NCBI GenBank assembly: GCA_002269645.1
Contig: NIVC01001549.1
Location: 62,001 to 126,000 of the forward strand
Length of the DNA: 64,000 nt
Direction: 5' to 3'
DNA from: Macrostomum lignano
Lineage: Eukaryota
Program-made: the position numbers and the translations under genes
Notes under the pieces: model-generated
Seen by the model: the letters and a program-made list of their open reading frames with translations, nothing else
What the model was told of the DNA's origin: nothing
The model's database searches: none
Shown: one piece after another, positions 11,988 through 30,103 of the stretch
How the letters are laid out: every line of letters begins with the position of its first letter
Position numbering within the stretch: the first letter of the stretch is position 1

Positions 11988-14900
11988 ATGGCTCGGTCTG
12001 CCATTGACACCTCCAGCGTGTTCACCGCCGACTCTGGCATTGTGACGCGCGGCAAGCACAATCCGCTGCACAGAGCTGCATCGCTCAACCAGTCTCTCAA
12101 TCAGTCTTGGAATGGCGCACCGCCCGAGCTGAGCGGCTCCCAGCAGCAGCTGCCTGACGATGCCACGGTGCTCAGCGGCCAGACTGGCACTGTGGTCACC
12201 GCGTCGAGACTGGGCCCGGGCTCCACTCGCTACACCGCAGGCTCCGTTCGGGCACCATCAAGGGCCACCACTGGGTCACTTTATCGGAGAAAACGCGAGA
12301 GAATGTTTAAAATATTGTCTGGCCTGCTGATTGCGTTTGGATCGATAATTGCCATCTTCGAGATCTTTGCGCTTGGGTGAGTGAGATTGTTTTTCACCCC
12401 GAAGTCTGGTGCTGCTACTTAATTATTTATCTAAGAATCGCCCTGATCTCACACTGAGAATCGCCCTGATCTCACACTGGGAATCGCCTTGATCTCACAC
12501 TGAGAATCGCCCTGATCTCACACTGGGAATCGCCCTGATCTCACACTGAGAATCGCCCTGATCTCACACTGAGAATCGCCCTGATCTCACACTGGGAATC
12601 GCCCTGATCTCACACTGGGAATCGCCTTGATCTCACACTGGGAATCGCCCTGATCTCACACTGGGAATCGCCCTGATCTCACACTGAGAATCGCCTTGAT
12701 CTCACACTGGGAATCGCCCTGATCTCACACTGGGAATCGCCCTGATCTCACACTGGGAATCGCCCTGATCTCACACTGAGAATCGCCCTGATTTCACACT
12801 GAGAATCGCCCTGATATCACACTGAGAATCGCCCTGATCTCACACTGGGAATCGCCCTGATCTCACACTGAGAATCGCCCTGATCTCACACTGAGAATCG
12901 CCCTGATCTCACACTGAGAATCGCCCTGATCTCACACTGGGAATCGCCCTGATCTCACACTGGGAATCGCCCTGATCTCACACTGAGAATCGCCCTGATC
13001 TCACACTGGGAATCGCCCTGATCTCACACTGGGAATCGCCCTGATCTCACACTGAGAATCGCCCTGATCTCACACTGGGAATCGCCCTGATCTCACACTG
13101 GGAATCGCCCTGATCTCACACTGGGAATCGCCTTGATCTCACACTGGGAATCGCCCTGATCTCACACTGGGAATCGCCCTGATCTCACACTGGGAATCGC
13201 CCTGATCTCACACTGGGAATCGCCCTGATCTCACACCGAGAGCGGCCCTCACCCGCAGGTTCAAGCGAGACTACCAGGTGTACGGCAGCGGTATCTGGGT
13301 CGGCCTGCCCATCATAGCACTGGCAGGCCTCACACTGGCCAGCATAGGCAGAGGCCGGCAGTTCAATATCGCCTTGCTAGTCTGTGCCGCACTGCTGCTG
13401 CCAGTGCTAGCGGCAGGCCTAGCCATATCAGGCTACGAGTTGAACCTCGCCATGGTGAAGCTGTACGATATGCAATCCAAACAGGGCGGCTCAACCAATG
13501 ACTGCGGCAGCTGTGGAGAATTAGTCATGACCAAATGCAGCTTTGCTATTGTACTGTTCGTTGTGTCTGTGGTTTTCGTCTGTCTGATCATCTACAGGCT
13601 TAGCGTGAAACTGTGCGCCTGCTGCAAGCCCAGCCCGGAGGAGCTGAAGAGGAACGCCCTGACCCAGTCAGCTATCGACCAGCATAATCAAAGTTTAAGA
13701 GGCTCCAAGCCGCCGAGTGTCTATGCTCCAAGTGTCCGGTCGTATGCTCAGTCTCAGATTAGTCAGAGCGTGCCGGACCTGTATCCGGTATGGGGACTTG
13801 CTTACATGCTAATTGCTCACTGCTTTTGTGATAATTGTTCACAGTCTCATTGGGAATATCTGGGGCTCACACAGACTCTCATTGGGAATATCTGGAGCTC
13901 ACACAGACTCTCATTGGGAATATCTGGGGCTCACACAGACTCTCATTGGGAATATCTGGAGCTCACACAGACTCTCATTGGGAATATCTGGGGCTCACAC
14001 AGACTCTCATTGGGAATATCTGGGGCTCACACAGACTGTCATTGGGAATATCTGGGGCTCACACACTGTCTCATTGGGGAAATATTCACAGATACTAAAA
14101 TAACTAGATGGGCCACTCTAGTTATTCTAGTCTAGTATATATTCTAGTTATATTATTCTCACTATTTGCGTGTAAGCTACTTTCAGTTCAGTAGTAGGTT
14201 AGACAGAAGCATTTTAATGTACTTTTAAAGCCAAGACATTCATTGGCTCTTACGCCCCCCCCCCCCACTAGCTTAAACCCTCCAACCGCGCCTTTCCACA
14301 CTACCCACCCGCCCCAATTTTTATTGCCTTTCTCGGAATTCCAGCCTAAAGCTGCCATGTACATTTCAGTGGACTGGCAAATGTACATTATTACTGAAGC
14401 AATTAGCAAGCTGTTTATGCCTGCAAGCTTGGGGGCTTCTTAACTTATCAAAGTCATTTCAGCTGCCATTAATTTTATAAAATAGCTTATCTACTCGGAT
14501 TCTTCTTTGCTACTGAACTGAAATTAGAAAGCTGCTTTACTAAGTATATATGCCTGAGTGGCTCATCCAGTATTTTAGTATCTGTGATAATATTTGGGAC
14601 TCACCCAGCTGATCTTTGAAACTCGAAGCAACGCTAAATCTCCCCCCCCCGCAGCCCCGGGCGCCCAGCCAGTCGGCCAGCCAGTACCTGTACGACCCGA
14701 GGGCCTCCGGCGCTCCGCCGATGCCCCCGCCCCAGCCGCAGCAGCAGCCGCCGCAGCCGCAGAGACAGCCGATGCCTCAGGCCAAGCCTCGCAGCTCCGT
14801 GGCAACCAGCAGCCTGGCCGACCTGCCGCTGTCTAGGAATCAGCCGCCGCCAGCGCCGAAGCCTCCGCCGCCGCCGCAGGCGCTGCAAGCTCAGCCGATC

Positions 14901-15053
14901 TTGACTTCGAAGCCGCAGAATCGCAAGCCGCAGCAGCAGGCTCAGCAACAGCAGCGGCCGCCGCCGCAGCAGCTGGCCTCCCAGCGGGTCAGCCGGCCAA
15001 CATCCGGCTACCGACAGCGCTCCAGTTCTGGCAAGAGAGTCCCTCGGAATTAG
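11988..15053 (+). CDS. MS4A/CD20-like tetraspan membrane protein with Pro/Gln-rich C-tail, 3 exons (11988-12376, 13259-13787, 14655-15053)
   Basis: Phases match (2,0). Donors GTGAGT and GTATGG; acceptors CCCGCAG and CCCCGCAG. Four hydrophobic segments, YGSGIWVGLP motif at TM2, Cys pair in the loop before TM4. Confidence 0.75.
12435..13240 (+). repeat. 23-bp intronic minisatellite GAATCGCCCTGATCTCACACTG(A/G), about 35 copies
   Basis: Fills almost all of intron 1 of the MS4A-like gene. Confidence 0.97.
13845..14085 (+). repeat. 32-bp intronic minisatellite TCTCATTGGGAATATCTGGGGCTCACACAGAC, about 7 copies
   Basis: Tandem copies in intron 2 of the MS4A-like gene. Confidence 0.95.
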
Positions 15054-16999
15054 TAACGCGACGAAATATTGGGGTTAGCTGGGGCGAGAGAGACATGCAG
15101 GTGGCACACTTATATCCTCCCTCCCACATCCAGCACACAGCGGCCCCTGTGACTTTCTAATCGTCAGACATGTACACTCTCCGTGCCTTTGCGGTTGGCC
15201 CTCATGGCTGTCTGTGAATCACACAACAACCCCCCTCCTGAGTCAATTTTTCGTGTACACACAAGCCCCAGATGTGACCACGCACCGATTCAAACCAAGG
15301 ACCACTGAGCTGCCCTCTGCACCAGTCTTAAGAAATTCTGCAGTGTATTAACTGTGCCACCTCTCTCGGAAAGTACAGATTGAGACATTCTACACGTAGG
15401 TGTTTATTTAGTTTAATAACTACATGTACATGTACACGTGTTTTTACTTCATTGTTAAACCATTTTCGATCATTAGTGACGAGTCTGCAACAGGAAAGCT
15501 ATTAAAAATGTGAAAAGTTGAGCCTAGAGTTTCGTCAGGCATGTTCTACTAATTATCATGTACTTTTATATATCCTAAAATATTTATTGAAAAAGGAAAA
15601 TTTCGTTTCATAATGAATCTGAATGTTTAGTAATGATTTTATTATAGCTTTTTTATTTCGATGTAAAGATATGCATCGGGTGTTTTTTTGTTAATTGTCC
15701 GCTACATTTCATAGCTTTAGTCTTTTTGGCTGCTTTAATGATTATTATCAATAGTTTGTTTCCCTGTCTGAGTTTTTGTTAATTTCTTGTGAATAGAAAA
15801 AGTGTACGACACTAAACTGTAGCATTGTACATTGTTGCATACCTGTGCAGGCACAACTTAATTTTATAATATTTATCACTAAGACATTCCATTTTCAAAT
15901 CAGCGTTAAAATTTGTTTTATTTCTACTAATTTTTATTGGTATAAGAATAGGAAATCAAACCGTGAATTTTATAAATCGTTAGCATTGCCGTTGTTTTAA
16001 TTAATGCGCAGACGGATTAATTGTTTTAACGTGTTTATATTTCAATTATATAAAACCGTAACAACATTCCATTTATTGATTCAATGTTTTTGTGTACGTA
16101 AGCAACTGAAAAACTGCGTTTGCATTGCTGTATGGGATTTAAATTTTGTTATTTGTAGACAACGCCAAGAAAGTGTTTTAGTGATCTGGATATGTTTTTT
16201 ATTTAATTTTCGTGTTTAAACAATATATAGATTTTACGCACCAATTCAAAAGATCAGTGAATAAGAAATTACAGAAGTGTATTGCTAATCAATGGATTAA
16301 TGAAAATGTCAAAAAAGAATTAAAATGGTTGCTTTGATTTTAAAGGGTAAAGTGCCACACAATTTAAAAAAGGTAAGCCTTCACAGCGTATATATTTATC
16401 TTTATTAGTCAAGATCAAGATCAATAAATTCAAGCAACTACCAAGAGGTGCTGATTTAAAAACTCTGAATTACGTAATTAATTAAAAGGAAAACACAACA
16501 GAAAAAATCGACACTGTTTATTTATTCAAGCTTTAAAGATATGAGACTAAAAACTAATTTTAAAAGTTCTGAACTATAGAATAGTTTATTTATTGTACAA
16601 CAGAAAAGCATGCGATTAATATAAATTAAACAATTATACAAATAACATTAAGGACAATTTAGGCAGGGTTAGAACTGATAATAAAATAAAAGCTGATAAA
16701 TAAGTCACTGAATTTCTGAGTCACTGACGCTCGTGGGTCGTAGAATTGAACAATAAGTGGACAAAAACTTCGAAAACTACTGTTTAAAACTTTTATACAC
16801 ATAGCGTTATTTACATGAAATAAAATGAACATGTTCAGTTTTTTTAATTGTTGCAACTTTAAGTATACGAAATATAATAACTCTGAACTTATTACGAAAG
16901 TTGATTTGAGTAGATCGTTTATAACGAGTAGCCCAAATGAAAAGTTAACTAGCTACTTTAAATAGGTAATTAACAAAACATTCAGTATGCAGTTTCAGT

Positions 17000-21887
<4,888 letters not shown>

Positions 21888-22382
21888 TGTGTTTCAGCTG
21901 AGCGAGAAGGGAAAGAACAAAGAATTTCTGTTTAAAATGAAAACTCTATGTTGATTGTTGCACAACAAAACGAAATAACTTCTCCCTTTCTACTAAAAAG
22001 ATATAGAAAAGATAAAGTAGAAAATAATGTAAATAATAGTACCAAACCGTACAAAAAACTAAAAATTAAAGATTATCTACTGGTGTAACTGAATTTTTTA
22101 ATAATTATTTGGTTTTTTATTAACTAGCGAATATAAAAAATAAACTTAGTTTTAGTCTTAGTTATACTGTACACACTAAACAAAGCCGGAACAACTAAAG
22201 AGCTATAGTCTCAATGTATGGATGAAGAATTTTTTTTAATGAGCCATCTGCCGCACTAGTGATTATACCCGAGAACGACAAAAGTGGAAAGTCGGTTTCT
22301 GTGAAGTTAAAGTTTTAAGTACCGTTTTACAATATGTTGATGGCAGAGAGCTGAAGAGACTATAATCGATCAGGGACAACTA

Positions 22383-24820
22383 CCCGATCAAAAAGAAGTT
22401 GTCTTAAGACATCTTATAATTGTCTTAAGATGGCTAAAGACACCTCAAGACAATTTCAAGATATCTTTAACTTTGCTTCTACAAGCCATCCTGACGAAGC
22501 TGTCTTCAAGATGACTTAAAATTGACTTTTGTGAGATGTCTTGTTTAAGACATCTTTAAGACATCACCTTAAAGACAAAAAATTACATAAACTACTGTTT
22601 CTACTGTAAGTAGGAAATTTCAGATACAAATTTATCCAGATCACTAAATCGATAAAAAAGAAAATCAAGCACTATTGTGACGTTTATCGCTAATTTTCGT
22701 TGAATTGTAGTCTGTGGAAGGTTTGCTTATTTTAAATAACCCTTTAAGCTTTTTTGAAGCGCAATATATGCAATTTTTTATATTGGGTCGTTATAAACTT
22801 AAAGACAAAGTTTAATTACAACAATATTGATGATGGTAAAAATATTTACAAAAATCTAAACATCTCAGAATTAAAAATAGACAAAGATGCAATATATATT
22901 CTTATCGGTGATGCTTTTGTTCAAAACAGCCAAAAACAAAATGGCGGAACATCATTTTTAAAAAGAACTAAAGACAACCCCCCGCGGGCATGATTAATGA
23001 TCATCAATTAATGATTAGGGGCCTAATTGTCGAACACTTGTTTCTATCTTGTGTGATAAGTTTCGATTTTTCATTGGCTGCTATAGCCTATATAGATTTC
23101 TGGCCTAAGCCCTACCCTAGGTTTATCCTTACTTACTGTGATAGTGTATTAGTGATGATTTACATTTACTATCCTCAAGTTAGACCTTCCTAGTCTTTTA
23201 CTTAGTCCTTCCTTGGATAGCTTCCAGGATTTGATTTCCCATCCTAATGCCAGGTGCAAACAAAGAACCCAGAATATAGTTTTATATCTTTGTGCAATAG
23301 AATTGTAATATCCTGATTTCCAAATTATAATTTTAAATTAGACTAATCTAAAATATAAGTTAGGCCTTAAAAGATTCAGGCTTTAACTATGGCCTATAAG
23401 TATAAAGTGTTTTATTTACTTACTTCTGGTTTTTTATTTAAAGTTAGAATTTTATAGCTAGGCCTATTGATTGGCTTATCAAGACTAATTTTTTGTAGGC
23501 CTCTTAGCTTTATCCTTAAGCCTAAAAATTTTGTTTTGATTTTTATGTCAAAATTAAATAATTTCCTTGGGCTAAGCCTTAGGCTTAAGCCCTATATTAT
23601 TGCTTTTGCCTTTTTCTTTGCCTTTATTAGTGGCTAATGGCAATGTACATATGCTTTCAATATACTATATATATATTATAGGTGCCATTGTCTAAAGGCT
23701 AGGCCCCCTAGGCCAATGAAAATTAAAATAAAAAATAGATAGCCTAAAATGGCTATATATAGGCCTAGGCCTAATTTATTATATCATATTCAAAAATTGG
23801 ATTAGGCCTAGGCCTAATAGATTTAAAAATAGAGTTAGTTTACTTAGAAGTTAGAAGTTTTATAAAATTGGCATTCCAATCTTTTTATTTTGCCTTGAGA
23901 TTAGGCCCTAGGCCCTTAAGCCTTAGCCTACATATTTGAGCCTAAGGCTAAGCTATTGAATTTGTATAGCTTATAGATAATTTGTTTATAAATTTTTTAA
24001 AGTAGAATTATTCTTTATTTATTTTTTATTATCTAATTCTTTTTACTTATAAATTTGAAATTATTAAAACTCAACTATAAACTATAACCCTTTTTAAATT
24101 TATCTTTTTCAGCCACTGTTATCAACGCATGCTATTTATCATTGTGCAAGCTAACCTGGGTCTTGAATCTTCCTGGATTAAGCCAATTCTAAACTAGTAA
24201 TTGGCTAGCAAAGGATCAATTGACAGCAAGCTTTTTACCAAGCAATGAGCAACTTAGTCATTATTGCATTAACTAAGTCTTTCCATGCAATGACTGGGTA
24301 TGATGCATTATATATTTATACAATTGAGTATTTTTGCACTTTTATTAAATATTGTATTTTTACTTGTTTTCAATTCACCATTTTAATTGCTTTTGTGACT
24401 TTTAATCTGTACCTTTTATAAAATCAAAAAATAAATGATAAATTGCATTGAACCATAATTAGAAGCTCAAAAAGCTTTTCTTTAATATCAATGTTGCCTG
24501 AAATGAAACCAATAAAAGAGTGCTGTAATACTTTTTGTCATTTCTTTTAAACAATTTTGATTACCATGGTAACAGCATTTCTTAAATGATCTTGGGCAAG
24601 ACATCTTTTGCAAGTCATCTGGAAGATGTCTTTGAGCAGATTTTAAGATGTCTTGAAGATGTCTTAAGACGTCTTTAAGTTATCTCTAAGCTGTCTACAA
24701 GTGTTGCAAGGAGCCAATTTTTAGACCGAATTAAGTCAATTATAAGACGTCTTAAAGACATCTTTCTAGCTTATGCAAGACATCTTCAAGACATAATTAA
24801 GCCAACTTTTTTTGATCGGG
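22383..24820. mobile_element. Non-autonomous TIR element, CCC...GGG termini, TA TSD (CMC/EnSpm-like by terminus and TSD), AT-rich interior
   Basis: Left TA|CCCGATCAAAAAGAAGTTG, right CAACTTTTTTTGATCGGG|TA. Many subterminal AAGACATCTT-type repeats at both ends. The uninterrupted target (CAACTAAAACCC) is preserved in the opposite TIR at ~30325-30335. Confidence 0.9.
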
Positions 24821-26963
24821 TAAAACCCTCGGGACGCGAAACGAGCCAATTCATGGCAAAAAATCTGGGGGGCTCGCTTAAAAGTATTGTTCTATGGCTT
24901 TTTTCAAGTCTTCTCTGCTATCAAGCATTAACGGTTAGATTAAATAGTAAAGCGAGGCAATGTTGAGTATTTAATTTAAAGAATAGGAACCAGTGATATA
25001 ATTACAATGCATTTACAATAAAGTAACCGCCATATCTACAAAAAACTCTAACGGCAAGAAGATAAAAGATGAAAGCAAAGATATAATTCCAACGGCAAGA
25101 AGATAAAGGATGAAAGCGAAGATGAAACTCAAATGGCAAGAAGATAGAAGCAAATACGGAACTCCAAGGACAAGACGACACAAACAGTCAGTAGCTCGTA
25201 CATAAAGGAAACGCTGGAACTTCACCTACTGAGCATCTAACTTCCGAAGCTTTCTATCATGGGATGTCGTCGGTATTGGTGGGAGTTTTGACGAGCGTCT
25301 TACTAGTCCTTTGAAAAAAACGTTGGCTAGCCGACGGGACACACACTGTCCATGCTGAACTGTGTCTTAGTTGGAAAGTAAAAGTCCTTAATAACATAAA
25401 ACAGCTTCTGCACGCGAGTTGCGCACGTAGGAGAGTGCAGAATAAAACTGCTGTAGCAGAGGGATAAGTCTAACAGCCATTGTGGAGGATGACAAAGCTT
25501 TCCGTGAGATAACTCTTCAGTGAATTCGCTGGCTGGAATGCTCGTCTCTGATATCAAATCTGTTCCTTTGATGCCTTCTTTAGTCGCTGTATAACCTGTC
25601 AATTTCCAATAAAGCACGGTTTCAATTGTTTTTATGAGATTGTGTAAAACCTCGTTGTGAATTAAATTTTAATTAATATCCAGCTTACCTGCGATATAGT
25701 AGAGCGAAGCTGACTGTCGCACTAGTGAAATGTCATAGCGGCGATTGTTCCGATTTACTAGTGTAAGGCTAAGTTGTCGAATCAAAAACTGAAGCGACGG
25801 ATCCAAATCAGAGTCAGAATCTATATCATCACTGATTCTACTAAACAAACGCTTCTACTTCACGTTGGGGATTGGCGTCGGAATTTCTGCACCGCACGAC
25901 AACAGCATCCAGTTGCGACCAGCGCTTGAGTGTCGGTTGAAATCCCAACAAGTCTCGAACCGAAATCGGTGTATGCAGTTTGAATGCACGAATCAGAAAG
26001 TTGGGTGAGACAAAAATTCGAACAGACAGGTCTCCATCTTTATCTAACGTAAACAAGTAAACGTCTTCGTTCAGAATAGCTGTGTTCAGTGCATGTCGAG
26101 ATACGACATCCGAATTTTTCACCTCAGCTCGAAAACTTTCCCATGCCGGCAAAATGGGAAATCCAAGCAAATCCGGAAAATCCAAGCAGCTGAAAAGCGT
26201 CCATCTCATCGATGTCGCCGCACCTCGCGTCAGAAAGAACACCGCGCTTTTCGGCCTGTCGGTCCTGGTCTAAAATAAGAGTAAAAATAAAAGTAAGATA
26301 ATTGTGAGCGGCAAAATCGATATAGACGCTAAGTGTTGAGCAATCTTTAAGTTACGTACCTTGGTTCTGAACAAAACACGAGCTAGGAACTCCATTAAAA
26401 ACAGAAGGAGGATTAATTGGCCTTTCGGTAGAGTTTTTCTTGACCATTGGAGCATCGCTTGGCCAATGCTTTACGCACACGCCCATATTGTCAGTCACTC
26501 TCTAAAATAATAAATTTTGGGTTTCAAGTTGTTTGGACGAGACTGGCATGCAGAATTGAAGCGGAATTATGCAGCAGTAATGACAGCAAATGATCTGGTT
26601 TCTTACCTGGAGAATATTTGGCAGCGCCTTTCTCCATCGCTCTCGCTCCTGTGGATCTCTGGGAAACGCAAATGTCCGTGTTCGAACGGCTTCAGAGTTA
26701 TACACAGTGCTGGGCAAGTTAATCAATTTTTTTAACTCGTTAAAAGTTAAAAAGTTAATTTAATTGCTCCAAAAAAATTAACTGTAACTAGTTAATTATT
26801 TAACTTTTGCCCAAAATTTAACTTCTGAAAAGTTAAAAGTTAAAGTTAATAATTCCCTAACAGAAAAAGTGACATTTTCCTGGACATGTGTTCGGTGTGT
26901 TTTTTAAATTTCAAGTCGGCGTGGCGCAGCTGTGGCCAGGTCGCGGCGCCCTGGGGAGCTTGT

Positions 26964-27934
26964 CAGGGAATACTCCCCTGGGAATTAGACCGGGGACCCT
27001 GGGGAGAAAAAAAGCATTTTTAACTAAATTTTTGCCATTTAAATAAGAAAATCATTCACAGAAAGCTGATTGAAACTCTGTCTATGCTTTTTTACCACAA
27101 AACTGCTTATTTCAATGTATTATTTCAAACACAACACACGTTTGAATGGGGGGGGGTTCATAAGACCTAAATTTCACAACGCCGAAACACCATACTTCAC
27201 AAGACCGAAACTTCATAAGACCAAAATTTCACATTGTAGAAAACTTTACAATAAGGATTGTATTGCATGTAGAATTTTCGGCATTGTGAAATTTCGGTCT
27301 TATGAAATTAGCGACCTGTTTGAATGTTTTTTTCATTATGAGTCTTTCAATCAAGCAAATTGAATGTACGAGCGTAGAAACCTGTCAGGAAAAAGAAGCC
27401 TTACTGACTATTGTGTTGGTCTACGTTGACGGCTTGACACATTTGACGCAGGCACAGCGCCATATCCTGTGTCAGTCACTGACGCATAGGGGGGTGTCAT
27501 CAAATAACAAAATACTCCGTATTAGACAGGACAAAATGGTGATTTACATGTATCTGCAAGAAATTAAAATTCCGATTATAAAAACAGTCTCATTCATTAA
27601 TTATCCTCCCACGAGTGCAGCTGCTGAGTATGCATTTTCCGCCTCCGGAGTCTGGACCCTTTCTGATAAAGGTGCGCACACAATTTGGTGATGCCATGTT
27701 GTCAAATACAGTTTTAAACAAACATTGCTTAAAGTTTTTACCCTTGCGCCTTGAATATGTAGTCCATCCAAAGCTTTAATCAAAGTTTAAAAAATGCCAC
27801 TTAGTGACTTATAAAGATCTAAGTTATCCGCTGTTTTTTACTTATTTTTTTCCCCGGGTCCCCAGGGTCCCCGGGAATGACAGTAAATTCCCCAGGTCCC
27901 CGATAAGAAAATTCCCTGGGGAATCGACATCCCT
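26964..27934 (+). mobile_element. hAT transposase remnant (dimerisation-domain motif) with imperfect GC-rich ends, inside the hAT-like element
   Basis: PPTSAAAEYAFSASG at ~27604-27651 resembles the hATC motif (PATS..SER.FS.AG). Ends CAGGGAAT..TCCCC and GGGGAATCGACATCCCTA are imperfect; no TSD found. Confidence 0.55.
27148..27316. mobile_element. Small MITE, GG...CC termini, about 9-bp TSD (Mutator/Merlin-like)
   Basis: Arms TTCATAAGACCTAAATTTCACAACGCCGAAA and TTTCGGCATTGTGAAATTTCGGTCTTATGAA; flanks CGTTTGAAT and TGTTTGAAT (8 of 9 match). Confidence 0.65.
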
Positions 27935-28336
27935 ATGTACAACGATAACTTCTAGTAGTCCTTGGGTAGAATATCAATAGATAATAATTGAAGATTCCAG
28001 AATCTTCCGGAATATTCTATACATTATAACTTGTATTTGAAATATATACATGTAATAGTTTGTGACGCATTAAATAATGCTTAGAAAGATGTATTAATTT
28101 TACTTTTTAATGGCATACAAGCTGTTGAAACCCGCGGATTTTGAACCCGGGGAACTCCATTTCCCGGAATTATTAACTTTTGTCATTTAACTTTAACTTA
28201 CAGAAAAAAATTAACGATTTTTGTTAACTAGTTATTACATAAAAAAATTAACGAAAATTTAACGATTTTTAAAAAAAATTAACTAGTTAATTAACTAGTT
28301 AAACAATTAACTAGTTAACGCCCAGCACTGGTTATA

Positions 28337-30103
28337 CACCATTTTACCCTCGATTTTGAACAAGGAGAACTTCGAAACTGACAAACTCCTCTTCAATATT
28401 GACACTCTATGGTCGGGCACTCAAAATCTACAATCAATATTGACAGATCAAGCTTCAATTTTGACAAACTCTGGTTCAATTTTGACAATGCACGTTTAGT
28501 CAACTTCTCCTGGGAGAATTCGGTAACAAAGTAATCCAATGAAAGCCTGAACGGGGCTGAAGTGAGCTGTGCAAAATCAGCTTATTCTGACTTTGCTTTT
28601 TGGATCTACAAGTATTGATAAAAATTATTTTTCTCTATCCTTTACACACAGACTAAAATAGCCTGACTGGTTGGGCTGCAAAGTCTGATTCTATTTTGAC
28701 AGAGTTGCTTCAAAACTGACACTCTATGGTTTGTGTACCCAAAAAGTCCGCTTCATTTTTGACAACTCCGAATCAATATTGAACAGTTAACAATCGATTT
28801 TGACTAAGACATTTTTTGAAATAGATTTTGACAATTTTTACTAAGATTTCTCTCTTGAGGGGGGGTACTTGCTATTTGCGAGAGGGGGTACTGGCTGCAT
28901 GTATCTACGAGTACATGTATGGGAATATTTCTATTTAGGGATGCTTGCTAGAGTCCCTGCTCTCTCAAGGGACTCTAGCAAAAGGCCGGTCATTTAACAT
29001 CCCAAGACAGCAAGCATCCACCCAGATAGCAAGCATCCACCCAGATAGCAAGCATCCCCCAGATAGCAAGCATCCACCCAGATAGCAAGCATCCCCCAGA
29101 TAGCAAGCATCCACCCAGATAGCAAGAATTCACCCAGATAGCAAACATCCACCCAGATAGCAAGAATTCACCCAGATAGCAAGCATCCACCCAGATAGCA
29201 AGCATCCTGCAGATAGCAAGCATCCCTCAGATAGAAGCATCTACCCAGATAGCAAGCGTGCACCCAGATAGCAAGCATCCACCCAGATAGCAAGCGTGCA
29301 CCCAGATAGCAAACATCTTGCAGATAGCAAGCATCTTGCAGATAGCAAGCATCTTGCAGATAGCAAGCATCTTGCAGATAGCAAGCATCATCCAGGTAGC
29401 AAACATCCACCCAGATAGCAAGCATCCCCAGATAGCAAGCATCTTGCAGATAGCAAGCATCATCCAGGTAGCAAACATCCACCCAGATAGCAAGCATCCC
29501 TGGATAGAAATATTCCCATACATGTACTCGTAGATACATGCAGCCAGTACCCCCTCTCCCAAATAGCAAGTACCCCCCTCAAGAGAGAAATCTTAGTAAA
29601 AATTGTCAAAATCTATTTCAAAAAATGTCTTAGTCAAAATCGATTGTTAACTGTTCAATATTGATTCGGAGTTGTCAAAAATGAAGCGGACTTTTTGGGT
29701 ACACAAACCATAGAGTGTCAGTTTTGAAGCAACTCTGTCAAAATAGAATCGGACTTTGCAGCCCAACCAGTCAGGCGATTTTAGTCTGTGTGTGTAAAAT
29801 GATGGAGAAAAATAAATTTTATCAATACTTGTAGATCCCGAAAGCAAAGTCAGAATGAGCTGATTTTGCACAGCTCACTTCAGCCCCGTTCAGGCTTTCA
29901 TTGGATTACTTTGTTACCGAATTCTCCCAGGAGAAGTTGACTAAACGTGCATTGTCAAAATTGAACCAGAGTTTTTCAAAATTGAAGCTTGATCTGTCAA
30001 TATTGATTGTAGATTTTGAGTGCCCGACCATAGAGTGTCAATATTGAAGAGGAGTTTGTCAGTTTCGAAGTTCTCCTTGTTCAAAATCGAGGGTAAAATG
30101 GTG
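28337..30103. mobile_element. Foldback element with about 610-bp arms, CAC...GTG termini, TA TSD, minisatellite core
   Basis: Arms ~28337-28950 and ~29490-30103 are near-identical inverted copies: TA|CACCATTTTACCC ... GGGTAAAATGGTG|TA. Removal restores the THAP reading frame (AAT TAT AAC). Confidence 0.93.
28995..29500 (+). repeat. 18-19-bp minisatellite CCCAGATAGCAAGCATCC(A)
   Basis: Tandem array forming the spacer of the foldback element. Confidence 0.95.

Larger units (their letters stand above)
26705..28330. mobile_element. Non-autonomous hAT-like element with 8-bp TSD
   Basis: TIR CAGTGCTGGG...CCCAGCACTG, TSD GTTATACA at 26697-26704 and 28331-28338, TTAACTAGTTAA-rich subterminal repeats. 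Confidence 0.92.

Noticed and set aside
13788-14135. C-terminal extension of the 285-aa ORF (SHWEYLGLTQ repeats)
   Set aside because: Read-through into intron 2 and its minisatellite; a phase-matched donor lies at 13788
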